A stretch of DNA of 64,000 nucleotides from Camelus dromedarius. Lineage: Eukaryota. The notes below the pieces were generated by a model, which saw nothing but the letters and a program-made list of their open reading frames with translations, made no database searches and was not told the origin of the DNA. The translations under genes were made by a program, and so were the position numbers. Position 1 is the stretch's first letter; each line of letters begins with the position of its first letter. The DNA lies in the NCBI RefSeq assembly GCF_036321535.1, contig NC_087436.1, positions 82,090,001 through 82,154,000 of the forward strand, given 5' to 3'. Below are positions 49,408-61,790 of this stretch, piece after piece.

Positions 49408-52372
49408 TAGTTCTGTCCCAGGTATTTCCTGTAGAATGGAAGTTAGCACTCAAGTTCGGTTAAATTTGACTTAAGTCTTTTTGCTAAAAATAGTTTAATA
49501 GCCCAAGAGTGCTGGTACTGCTCCATGATTTGGTCTGGGTGCTGGTTGCAGGAGTGTGTCGCTTTGTGGAAATGCACTTCTGAGCCATGCCCTTTTTAAA
49601 TGTATGTTGTATTCTCATTTTTAAAGTTTACTTGAAAAACAATCTTAGTCCTGCTGGGCCCTTCCTCTTTTTGACTCCCACTTCAAATTCTTACATGTGT
49701 CAGGCAATCTTTAAATCCTCTTTCCTTTTAAACTTCCTTAATACTCAATCCCCTTTAACGTAAGAGGCTGGTAAAGACGGGGAAAACGGGTGACTTGTGA
49801 CTTAATTATTGGGACGATTATGGGTCGGTTAGGGACAAGCTGGGGTGCTGCTGTCTTCCTTGCCCTGGTGCATTGCCCTAAGGGAGGGAGCACGGAAACA
49901 GTAAGTAATGTTAGGCCTTTCGGAGCAGTGGGAAAGGGGCACTTGGGCAGAAAGAGCCAGTGAAGGCGGCGATGCAGTAGGGGTGTGCTGGGAACCCTTC
50001 CTGGAAAGTTGTCTTACAACCAGCTTCTTTCCCCATCTCTGATAAATCATCGGAAGGAAAGGCAATGAATTTTTTCTGACAGTCAGTTCTTACTGGGGGC
50101 CCAAGCTTCGTTTGCAAGTGAAAAGGCTGCTGTTGGAGTATTTGAAATTACAATGAGCCCTGACTCTTTTCACATCAAAGTGTAAAAGAATCTCCAGGGG
50201 TGATAAATGGGGGCTGCTGGACTCATTACTGGTAAACAAAGCTGAGGGGTGACCTCTACATTTTTTTTAATTAAAAGAAAACAGGGTTTCCTAGTGGAGA
50301 GCGCGGGGCTGCTCTTCGTTTGAATTTTGACTGCTCACCCTGGAGAAGATCTTTGTTAGGGTGACAGGGAGGCAGCCTCTGTTACCCGGGTTGCCCTGAC
50401 TCTCAAATCCTGGGTAAATGGCTCTGCCCGGGGTGGCCCCACAGGTACTCCTGCTAGACTGAGAATTGAAGTGTCCTGGGTTCAGCGGTGTTTTCGTTGC
50501 AAGAAGGGAGAACAGGGCAGAATTTCTGAGCCCTGTTCCTCTAGGGAGACTGAGGGCTTAGATCCCTCTCTGTTCCCATTTCCTGCCCAACAAAAAGAGA
50601 AAAACTCCCTGACTCCCATGCAACACAGAAGGAGGTCAATTTTTAAGTAAATTCTTAGAACTTTGTAAAGAAGTCCACAGGATGTTGTTTTCAAATTTAC
50701 ATTTAAAGTTAATACTCCTTTTATTTATGGAGTACAGGGCTTTGCCTTGGATTAAAACCCTTAACCAAAATCACAGTATTTGAACATTTTATGTTCAATG
50801 TTTATGTTGAAAGCAACACCGTTAAAACACTATTATTAGCACTAATAATCTAGCGTTTTTTGGAACCAAGACTTGAAAACTGCTCTCTAAACTCAACCCT
50901 GCAGCTGAAGGTCCACCTTCAGTAAACTCCCATCATGGTGTGCCCAGCTCCCCATCACGCTTATCTCGTGTGCGCTGTTTTTTCGCTTGCTCCTTTGTTG
51001 CCATCCGGCCAAGCCTCCACCAGATTTTAAACAGCTGGAGGTCAGAGACTGCCCTTTGTAACCCGAGTGCAACCAGTAAGGCGCTGGGCACCCAAGAATT
51101 CTAATGTGTTTACTGCCTTCCCACGTGTTTGGTAATCACCTTCCGAGTGTATCTTCCAAACAAGTTGTGAGATTTGAGGAAGGAGCAGAGGTCACAGCAG
51201 GAGGGGAGTGCACCCCTGGATGGTGGGTAGAGAGAAGCTGTCCTCCAAGCCGAGGTGTTTTCAACTCTAGATAAGAGAGTCTCCAAGGCCTTCTTTTCTG
51301 GAGATATACTGGAATGGCAAGATGTGGGAGACACTCCTGGTTAAAACGGCTTTTAGGAGTTCAGATACCAAAAGCAGCTAATATTTAATGAGCACAGTGA
51401 CCAGATTTTGTACTAATGAGTATTTGATAGGTGCGATTTCATTTCAGACTCACAGCTCCTTAAGAGGCTATATTTTACAGATGAAAAAGAGGGGAAAAAG
51501 GATCAGTGACAGATACAGAAGAAGCTACCTTCCTTCTGTCACCAGACCCCAAGTCTATTCCACATTGACTTGGTGGAAGCCAGCGGCAGGGAAATCCTTT
51601 CTGAGCTCCAGTTTGAAAAACTGAGGCTTGGACCAGAAATCCTTCGTGGTTGACTTTCTTTTCTGACGTTGGAAAGGAGTACTAGATAAAAGATTGTTCC
51701 TGGGAGATGGATTCAGCGTGGCTCCAGCAGCCAGAGAAACATGCATCTTTTTCTACTGCAGGAACAAAGTGGATATCCTTACACTGGGGTGTGGAAGGTG
51801 GGGTGGGGATAAGAAAGGATGGAAGGGGTGACTAATGGAGTTGCTGGCAGGAAAAGGCTGAATTAATTTTAAAATTGAGGGATGGAGGTGGTGCCCATCC
51901 TAAGATAAGTGAGAGCTGTTTTCATGCTCGCGGTGAGGTGCTGTGTGCTGTCTCCTCGAGAGCACTTTGCAGTCCGTGGAGCATCGCACAGATGTCAGGT
52001 GGTGGCCCTTTTAATAAATCAAGCTCTCAACGGTTAGAAGTTGTAGGCGCTCTCATTTTAGATTATCTTTCAACATCCGGCAGAAATTTACTTTCCCCTA
52101 GTGAGCACTTGATAACTGAGATATGAAATCGTCCTTAATTTAAGAATGGAAGTGTTGATTTTCAAATAGAACAGAGTATTTAATAAATGAGAGCAGGGAA
52201 TATTAATCTTACTTGTCTAAAAAAATGTATTTTAAAATATGTGTTCCTTGTAAAGGACAGAGTGGAGAGCAAAGGCAATAAATAGGGTGAGATGGGAGGA
52301 TACTTGGAACAGTTCTTAATGTCGTTGTTATTGTCCCTTTCTGTCATCGTGTTGTTAACCCACGGCAGTGAC

Positions 52373-52442
52373 TCAGGTGAGCAGAATGCTTCTTACAGGC
52401 TCGCTGATCAGGTGAGCAGAATGCTTCTTACAGGCTCGCTGA
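52373..52442. repeat. Perfect 2 x 35-bp tandem duplication
   Basis: tcaggtgagcagaatgcttcttacaggctcgctga occurs twice with no mismatch. Confidence 0.97.
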
Positions 52443-53520
52443 GACTCTGCTGAAAAATTTTCATCCTAGGCAGCCTGAGTTGACGGGAAAGTGCGTTTGC
52501 TTTGAAATAGTGAGACTTCGGCTTGAATTCTAGTCCCAACTAGATGTGTAATGCTGGGCTGCTGGGCAATGTATTTAACCTTTCCAAACTGCACTTCCTT
52601 CATTTGTGAAATAAGAATAATAAGAACTACGTGAGATAAGGTATTTTTAAAAACCCATTGCCTGCACTGAGTCTGTATTTAATAAATACTAATTTTCTTC
52701 TCTTTCTGTTGACCTTCCTTTGACAGTTTCAGTGTTTGGGGCCTGGAGAATTTGAATTCAACGATGTCTTTAAAGCCCCTAGGAGGTTTAAAAGTTTGGG
52801 CTCCATTGAGTAGTACAGGGAAGCAACCCCCCAACCTTCTACCCCTGCTCTGAGACCCAGCTCAGAGATCCCGGGCTGTGACCACGGTCTGGCAGTGTGT
52901 GAGCTGCTTAATCAAATGTTCCTGCTGGCTGTGGATTCAGGTGGTTATGAGGCGGGTTTTTGTTTGTCATCTTGGAATTTATATTATTAAGAATTTGTGT
53001 AATTTAAAATGGTAGATGATGCTATGAATTCATTTCTCAGTGAAACCTTCATTTCGTATTTCCTTATTACAGTATTGCATTAAGATATAGTTTAGGGTGA
53101 ACATCAAGATAAGTGTGTCTAATGTGTAGAGAAAGTAGCTATTTAATTAATAATCCTTTTTACCCTTTTATGTTAAGTAAATAAGAAATCATGCATTTCC
53201 TTCAGTTTGTTTGATTTTATTTATTTATTACTTACTTATTTATTTTTTGTTTGATTTTAAATGGAGGGTCTTCTCTGTTACGATAATCCAAGATTCACTC
53301 ATCCATTCAGCAAAGACTTGTGGAGACCCTTGATACTACAAGGGTCTGCTAGGAGGTAAGGCTGGGGAGGGAAGGAACTGGGCTGGGGGTAGATCATTCT
53401 TGCAGGAGCTCCTACTAGAGCTTGCATTCTAGTTGCTATGTAAAAGTATTATCAAGTGGTTTTCATCTAGTGCTTTAAATTTTTTTCCAAGTTTATTCAC
53501 AGTTAGCTCTTGCATTTTTA

Positions 53521-53645
53521 AATCTTCATTTTTGGGGGGAGATAATTACATTATCTATTTATTTTAATAGAGGTACTGGGAATCGAACCCAGGACCACAT
53601 GTATACTAGGCATGTGCTCTACCACTGAGCTATACTCTCTTCCCC
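53521..53645 (-). mobile_element. Vic-1-type SINE
   Basis: Antisense tRNA head; TSD core ttgcattttta. Confidence 0.9.
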
Positions 53646-53891
53646 AGCTGTTGCATTTTTATCTCATAGGGATTATAAGACACATAGGCTTGAAGAGGTT
53701 AAGAGGTTTGCTCAAGATCCCAGAATTATAATAAAACTGACTTCTCAACTTGGAATGAGTTTCCTCTTATTCCTCCTGTTGACATCTTACCCATCCTTTA
53801 GTATTCAGCTGAAGTATCACCTCTTCTAAAACTGTAATCATCCAAGAAATTCATTACTCTTTTTATGCACTCCCATCCTTTCCTTTACGTC

Positions 53892-54602
53892 TGTGCCAGA
53901 TTTGAATTAATGTCTCTTTTCTCCAGATTCACCCTTCAGTACCTGCTGTACTGTATGTAACGGACTCTCAGCTTTTCTCCTTTACAGTGAGCGTGGTGTT
54001 ACACTTGGTCAGTAGGGGGTGCTGGAGGGACACAGCTGCAGTTAGATTCTTTTTCTGGTTGTGGTTGCTGTTCTTTCTTACTCATGCTGTACAGTCTGTC
54101 AGTGCGAGCATGCACACTGCGTCTGTGTGTGTACACGTGCGCACATCCAGTGGTGCTCTGCCCCAGCCAGGCGCCCCAGAGCTTGCAGTCTCTTGGCGAC
54201 TTTGCAGCTCTTGCCTGGGCCCTCAGTGCAGACACTGGCACACTGCTCCAGCAGAGGCTCCCAGCTCTCTCTGTGTACCTCATCAGCCTTGGTTTGCCTG
54301 CATCCGGAGAGTTGTTTCCTGCTGCTTGGCTAGTGTGGACCAGTTCCAGTGAACTTCTCTGCCATCCGTGGGCTGCAGTCATACCCTCGCCAGTGACATC
54401 TCAATATCCGCTTTGGGGGGTGACCCCCCACCCTTTGAAGTCTGTCCTTCCTAGGGTACCCTGTCTCAGCTGAGGGTATCCCTTAGAGTCTCTCTTTATG
54501 TCTTTATAGTTTTTCCCCTTCATAGTTTAACATTTTTCGTGTTACACCGCTGTTCACATTATTGTGTGGTTTCTCTGTTCCTGACTAGACCTGGACTAAC
54601 AC
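53892..54602 (+). mobile_element. Solo ERV-L LTR related to the 18805-19351 LTR
   Basis: Begins tgtgccag, shares the core tcagYagRgggYRctggagggacac, and ends ...ctgactagacctggactaacac. Confidence 0.6.
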
Positions 54603-57197
54603 GACCTCTGGTGCTTATCTCCCTCAGTCTCAGTGTCACATCACACATCTGTGTAACTTGTGTATTTCTTTTACGCTGGAGGTCTGTTTGATCTTTCAGC
54701 ATTATCTCTGTGCTTTGCAAAACCAGTCATTAATGAGTGATTGAGTTTGCTGCTGTTACAGTTGTTGCTGTCATGGAGGATCGAGGATGGAGGATGGTTG
54801 TAATGGGTATTTATTTGCCCTTTCTTGGAAAAAACAGCCCAAAGTTCTTGCTCTATTACTTTCGGGTTAACTTGGTGCTTCTGTGCAATCCTGTAGCTGT
54901 TGAGGCAATTGCTTGTTGACCCAACTGTTGAAAACTACATTTTAAGGCCTGTGTATAGTCTTCAGGATTGTGTAAACAGTAGTTTACTGCTGCCTATTTG
55001 TCTTCATCGACCTTTTAAAAACAAATTGCTTCAAAGCCCAGCAAGCCTTACAACCAGTGCTGCTTCAAAGTCACCTGGATTTCACTCCTCAGGCTCATCT
55101 GTCTGTGTCATCTTGCAGCAGCATTGTTGTCTGTTAAGCGGGGCTTGCAGCTCACGTAGTGTTTAAGCTCCACACACACTTTTGCTAAGCCTGTTCTGTC
55201 ACCAATCCCGGGGCCAGAGGGGAGGGATGAAGGGTGTAGCCCAGAGTTGGAACATTTTCTCTTCTCCTTTGGCATTCTAAGCCTATGTCCAGGAGAGGAG
55301 TATGGCCAGGAGACAGGAATATTGCCTGCATTTTGAAGATAGGTGTTCCATGATGGCTCACAGAAAGGAAATACTGATATTTGGCATCATTGTGAGGCCA
55401 GTGCTCATTTGGGAATCCGTAAGAACTACTTGGTTCAGCCAGTCTGCTGATTTGACCCTCTAAGATGTGCTGATTTCAGCCTGTGGAGACTTGCACACAC
55501 AGTTCTTCCCCATCAGTGTGTCTGACATTGTCCGATTCTTTGCACCCCTCCCCAACTTGCACCCACTCAGATGACCTTTTCCCACAACAGCAAGATTTTT
55601 CTCCCTTATGAAGTTAGAGGATACATTAAAACTCCCAATTTGAAAAAGTAGTAAGTAGTATTTTGTATGAAGACAAATTTATTGTTTCTGTTCAAAGAGA
55701 TTCACCTCTGTCATCCTTTGAATCAGGGAGCAGGTGTGGTTTTTTGAAATGTAGTCAAAAAGCTACGTTTTGGTGGGTGTGCTCTTTATCCTCCCCAACT
55801 CCCCAAGGGGACGATTTCTCTAGTGAGAGAGAGTCTTGATAATCTGGGAAATCCACGCGGCTTCTCTGGAATAGCGGAAGCCTGAGCAGAGATCTCCGGT
55901 GTATCAGCTTACACGGCAGCAGATGCTCCACACCCATTGTGTGCAGAGCGCTGCGTAGTGGGTTGGACACACGATGTGGGCATGCCTTCCTCCTCCCTGA
56001 CCCTGCCCTGGGACACCTATCCTGGCTTTTAAGCTCCTTATTGTTTGTTCTAATTGGCCCCTTTCACTTTCATGTTCGACTTCCTTTTTTCCTACCTGAT
56101 AAAAGTTGTCATTTCTCAGACCTCTATCCCCTACTGCCTTCCTTTCTTACACTGCAGATTTTCTGCAAACAGTCTCTCATCACAGCTTCAGAGATGACTC
56201 CCACATCTGGATTGCTAAGCCAGAACTGCTTCCAGAATGCCATCACTGCCCTCCACATATTCTTACATGCCCTTAACTGTTTGTCATCATCTCTCAGCCT
56301 AACTTAATTGTTCCTTCGAGGTTTCCCCTGTGTTCATTTGCTCCTCTACTTAAAAAACTTCCAGGGCTCCCTGTCACTCACAGTTTAGAGATTGAGTCCC
56401 TTCATGTGGCTCTCAAACCCTCCATTCCCTGGGCCTCAGCCTTGTCTTCATCTCATCTCCCATCACTCCTGTCCTTCCACCTGCCCTGGTGCCTGCAGGA
56501 GTTCTCACAATTCCATATACAGGCCTTTGTGTTTCAAATACCGTGCCTTGGCACATGCTATGCCTTCCTCCCATCTCTGCTTGATTCATTCATTCCTTCA
56601 TATGTAAGCGCTAGCAGAGCTTTACAGGAACATACAGGAAGGACACCTAAACATAGAGTTAGGGAATAGTCAGGGAAGGCTTCTTGGAGGAAGAGGTAGC
56701 TGGGCAGAAAATTAATGTATATTGAGGAATTAACTGAAAAAGTTGAGTAGTGGAATGAGGAGAAGAGAAATGTAGTCTAGATAAAAGGAAACATACTTCT
56801 AAAGATTTGGGTGGAAAAAAACGATAGGGCCCCTTTGAGGAACTGAGTGAACTTCAGTAGAGCTGGAACATAGAGCACCAGACCAGGAAATGATCTGAGG
56901 GCATAGTAAGAAATTTGACTTTATATTTAGGGGGATGGGAAGCCATCAAAGAAATTTAAGTAGGTTAATGTTTGATGTGATTTTAAAAGGTCGCTTGTCA
57001 AGTGGGGAGTGGAGTACAGTGGGACAAATGTGGAAGCTCAGAAACCAGTTAGAGGCCTATTAATAGTCCATGGGAGAGCTTGGGAGACCCCCATGGATTC
57101 TGGATAACTGGGGAGAAATGGCGAAAAATGGGGGGATGTTTGTAGGTAGGTTGGTTGGTTGCAAAGGATGTATAAAAGAAAGATCAAGAATTCCTAA

Positions 57198-57334
57198 GGG
57201 GGAGGAATAGCTCAAGTGGTAGAGCACATGCTTAGCAAGCATGAGGTCCCAGGTTCAATCCCTGGTACCTCCTCTAAGAATAATAAATAAATCTAATTAC
57301 CTCCCCCAACCAAAAAAAAAAAAAAAAAAAAAAA
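57198..57334 (+). mobile_element. Vic-1-type SINE
   Basis: tRNA head, ctaattacctccccc, long poly(A). Confidence 0.92.
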
Positions 57335-57360
57335 GAACTTCTACCTACTTACCTTTGTTG

Positions 57361-57413
57361 TGGGGAGATGCTATGTCACTGGGTGGGGAGATGCTATGTC
57401 ACTGGGAGATGCT
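57361..57413. repeat. 2.3 x 23-bp tandem repeat
   Basis: tggggagatgctatgtcactggg x2 followed by agatgct. Confidence 0.9.
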
Positions 57414-57943
57414 GTTTTTCAAGAGGAGGAAGACTGAAGATGGTACACGTCCTTCAGAGGAATGTTTAATTTGAGATGCCTGTGAAAATGCTTGTAAGAG
57501 GAGCTGTCAAGTGGACAACTGGTTATGTAAGAACGGAGCTCATTGGGGGAAGGTTTGGGCTCAAGTGACACGTTTATTCAGAAGAAACTGAATCACAATT
57601 GTACGTGAGATTCCTAAGGAGAGAAAGAGGATGAAGATGTCTAAGAACAGGAAACTAAGTGACAACTAAGTAGCAAGAAGGCTCAAGGAGACTGAAAAGG
57701 CACTGCCAAAGAAGTGGGAGGAGAAACAGGAGAGTGCTATCTTGGGGACCAGGAGAAGAGAAGGTAGGAAGGAGTGGTTCAGAGCAGCCAGTGCTGTTCG
57801 ATTACTTGTTCAGTCACCTCTTCTGTGCAGTTTCCCCACTCACTCTCAGGCAGCAGTGGACCCCTGCCTCTCAAAGGTGCCGTCCTTTATTACAGCATTT
57901 ATTCCTTAAGTTACTTTTATGTTTATCTTTCTTGCAAAATTCT

Positions 57944-58154
57944 TTTTTTTTTACTGTAATAGAGTAGGAAGATTTCATTTATTGATACACTTTTTAATTT
58001 TTAATTATTTATTATTTTATTTTTTGGGGGGAGAGGAAATTAGATTTTTATTAATTAAGTGTTTTTTTTTTTTTTAATGGAGGTACTGGGGATTGAACCC
58101 AGGACCTTGTACATGCTACGCAGATACTCTACCACTGAGCTATACCCTCCTCCC
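57944..58154 (-). mobile_element. Vic-1-type SINE with a 3' unique extension and second poly(A)
   Basis: TSD tttcttgcaaaattct (57928) / ttccttgcaagattct (58155). Confidence 0.8.
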
Positions 58155-58487
58155 TTCCTTGCAAGATTCTGTCATCAGACAGTTGTTTAAGAGCTGTCAT
58201 CTTGGTGTCTCCAAGGGCTGGCATTGTACCTAGACTTGGAAGATACTCAGTAAATTAATTAGTTAAATAATTTAAAGATGGAATGAGAATTGGCTTCTAT
58301 AACCAAACGGTAATGCCCTCTTAGCGATTTTGCCTGAGTTTTGTCTCTGGGTTTAGGATGTACTTTTAAATATATCAACATTCCTTCCTAGCCCCTTGTA
58401 GAATTTTCTGCACTTGCAATGGCAGAAGGATGACATTTTGACTGTCTGGTTCTTGTGATGGACAAAGACCTCAGGAACCACACTTTT

Positions 58488-58826
58488 TTTTTTAAATTGA
58501 AATATGATTGATTTATAATGTTAGTTTCAGTTGTATAACATAGTAATTCAATATTTTTATAGACTATACTCCATTTAAAGTTAGTACAAAACAGTGGCTA
58601 TATTTCCCTATGCTGTACAGTGTATCTTTGTTGCTTATCTATTTTATACATAGTAGTTTGTATGTCTAAATCCCCTATCCCTATCTTGCCCCGCCCCCTT
58701 CCCTCTCTAGTGGTGACCACTAGTTTGTTAAATACATCTGTGACTCTGTTTCTGTTTTGTTATATACATTCATTTGTTTTGCTTTTTAGGTTCCACATAT
58801 AAGCGATAACATAGAAGGTTTGTCTT
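58488..58826 (-). mobile_element. L1 3' end
   Basis: Perfect 15-bp TSD aggaaccacactttt (58473 / 58827). Confidence 0.88.
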
Positions 58827-61469
58827 AGGAACCACACTTTTGTGACCTTACACAGGGGGCTTACACTAGGGGACTATGGGAAATGGCAACTCTTGTAAAA
58901 ATAAGCTAGTCAGTGGGTGGTAGGTAAGCCGAGGGAAAAGATTTATGAGCAACATCCTGTTCTGGGATCACTGCTGGGGACAGAAGAGGGGGCGAAACTG
59001 CTGTATAAATCACGAAGGCAGCTCAGGAAATAAAGTCTGCCCTGGAGGGTCTCAGGGGGACCCTTATGGATATCTTTTGCATAGCACATGGGTGAAGGAG
59101 AATGGATAGGTATAAGTCTGTGTTGGGGTGAGTCTGGGGTGAGATAATCCGTCTTTCAGAAGGGGGAAAATAGGAGCAGGAGAACAGGAAAGCCAGAGAG
59201 CTGGCACAGCGGGCCCCAGAAGCATCTGTAGTTTTATAAATGCTTGCTGGATTGTGAAGAACAAAAGAGAGAGAAGGGGCCATTTGTAGGGAGCGGAGGA
59301 TTGCATTCATTGGTCCCAGGTCTCACAGGGTGCCCTCTGCACCGAGTGCCTCCCTGTTGCTTCATGAATGTGCATTGGTTCCTGCTCTAATTCGGGATGT
59401 GTAGGTGAGGTCCTAATGTCTTGGCCACACAGTGAATTATTTGACCTGAGATTTTGTTCGTTCGTTTGTTTGGGGGGGTCCTTTTCAAATGAAAGATGCT
59501 AGAATCTGTCCATCAACAGGGCGTTAGAGTCTACCAACAAAATAGAACACTAAATAGCTATTAAAAGGAATAAGATAATTCTATGTGTGTCAACATAGCA
59601 TGGTATAATATACAAATTATGGAATAGAATCAAAGGCATGATCTATTTTTATGGCTAGGTATATAGAGCTCTATCTAGACAAACATGTCTTAAAATGGGT
59701 CTGAAAGGACACGTCCTAACCCTTGCAACATTAATTTTCTTAGGAATAGAATTATTCAGGTTGCTTAGTGGAATGACTAAAAAAAATTTATACACTTTAG
59801 AGTAAATTTTTTCCATGATGCATATGTATTAATTTTATAGTTAGGTTTAAGATATTAAAATGAAAATGTTTTCTGAAATATTATTTGAAAAAGCGAAGAA
59901 ACGATCCCTTATTCTGCCATTTCCTTAAGAAAATTAAAATATTGCACATTCCCTTACTCAGCCAATAAGTATTTGTGATCTCGTTGCATTCCAGGCATTG
60001 GTCTATGCAGTGAGGATATAGCAGCAAATAAAACCATCATGATCCTGCTTTCCTGGAGCGCATGTCCACTGCAGACAAAGAGCAAATGTAACACGTCAGC
60101 GTTATAAAGCAGGACTGGTGGGGGTAAACAGTGTCAGGTGCATGAGGGAAAGGTGTGCTATTTTATCTCAAGTTATCGGGAAAGTCCTCACTGATAAGGT
60201 AAATATTTGAGCAGAGACCAGAAGGAGTAGGAGCCAGACACATGACTAGAGCTGGGGTGGGGGAAATTTTTCAGGCAGAGGGAGCATGTGTAAAGACCCT
60301 GGAGGCAGTAGGCAGTCAGTGAGGTTGGAGCAGTGATGGGAGGGAGAGTGGTTGGATGAGGTCTGAGAGAGCTAGCAGGAGGCTAGGCTGTAGAGGGCCT
60401 TGTAGGCTGTTAGAAAGTTGTTGGAGTGAGATGGAAAGCCATTTGGGAGTTTTGACCAGAGGAGTAGCACTAATGTCTACACTGTGGTGGGCATCAGCAA
60501 AAGTGGTTTAGGGGCAACTGTCTCTGCCAGGGACGGAAAGTATCCTTTCCCCTCATTTCACAAAGAGAGAAAGCCAAAGGTTAGGTACATGAACATGAAA
60601 CGTTACAGGGTAGGGACCAGGTCCCGACTACTCCTGGTTGTTACTGACTTCAGCACTCTGTTACACAGATGAGGGTATCTAATCTTGGAATTTCCATTTT
60701 CTAGCATGTTGTTAGAGCATGTTATTTGTAATAGTTAGATCTGTGACTAAGTCTCATGAATATGGCCTACGATGCTGTGTAGAATGTCCAGGGATTCTGG
60801 CCTCAGTCCTCTTCTTACGTGAAGATGATGCTTCTGATGTCTGACATTTGCTAAAATTCTGGGTCAGAGTGTGAGTTAGTGTCACTATTTCCACGACAGG
60901 GTTGGGACGCACCCAACATTCAGTTCTTGTGTTGCCAACGGGTATTGAGCAATAGTTGAGCTTACTTGGAACCACCCGTATCTTGGGTGTGCATTCATGT
61001 TAAAAGTACACTCGTCCCAGGTGAGGCTGGTAAATCAAAGAATTCATTTCATCAGAAGTTCATCAAGAGTCTGCTGCATGCAAAGCACTGCCCTGTGTTC
61101 TTTGAGAGCCATCATATAAACAGCAATGCTATGTCTTTAGGGAGTTTACAGTCTGCTGGGTACAACGGGCAAAAGCACCAATGTTATTAGAGTTGCAAAG
61201 AGGACATGGAAGCACAAAGGAGATAGAGATGAATTATGAGGGGAGGGTAAGGGAACGGCTTCATGGATGAGGTAGCACTTGAGCTGGATATTGAAGTTTG
61301 GAGAGAAGCAGAAAAGACATGCTTAAGGGACAGCCAGAGGAGTGACATGGAAGAAAATGGGTTTAGGGAATGGTCTATTAGAGCTGGATTAAAGTATTTT
61401 CAAAAGGAGAAAAAGAAGGAGGCAGTGGATGCAGTGGGGTCATTCCTAAGCCTGCACTGTTAGAGTTCA

Positions 61470-61790
61470 GTGAAGCAGCCACTGGCCATACGTGGCTGTT
61501 GAGCCCTTGAAATGTGGCTGGCCTGGATTGAGATGTCCTGGAAATGCATAATACACACAGATTTCAAAGACTTGGTCTGGAGAAAAATGTAAAAGATCTC
61601 ATCAGTAACTTCATATTGATTATAAGTTAAACAGTGAAAACACTTTTTGTATATACTGGTTTAAATAAAATGTATTGCACTGGTTTCTTTGTTTTTGTTT
61701 TTGTTTTTTACCGTTTTAATATGGCTACTGGCAAATTTAAAATTAGTCTTTGTAGCCCCCATTCTGTTTTTCTTGGTCATAGCTGATCTA
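61470..61790. mobile_element. MER3/MER33-like hAT element
   Basis: agccactggccatacgtggctgttgagcccttgaaatgtggct...atacacacagatttcaaagactt. Confidence 0.7.
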
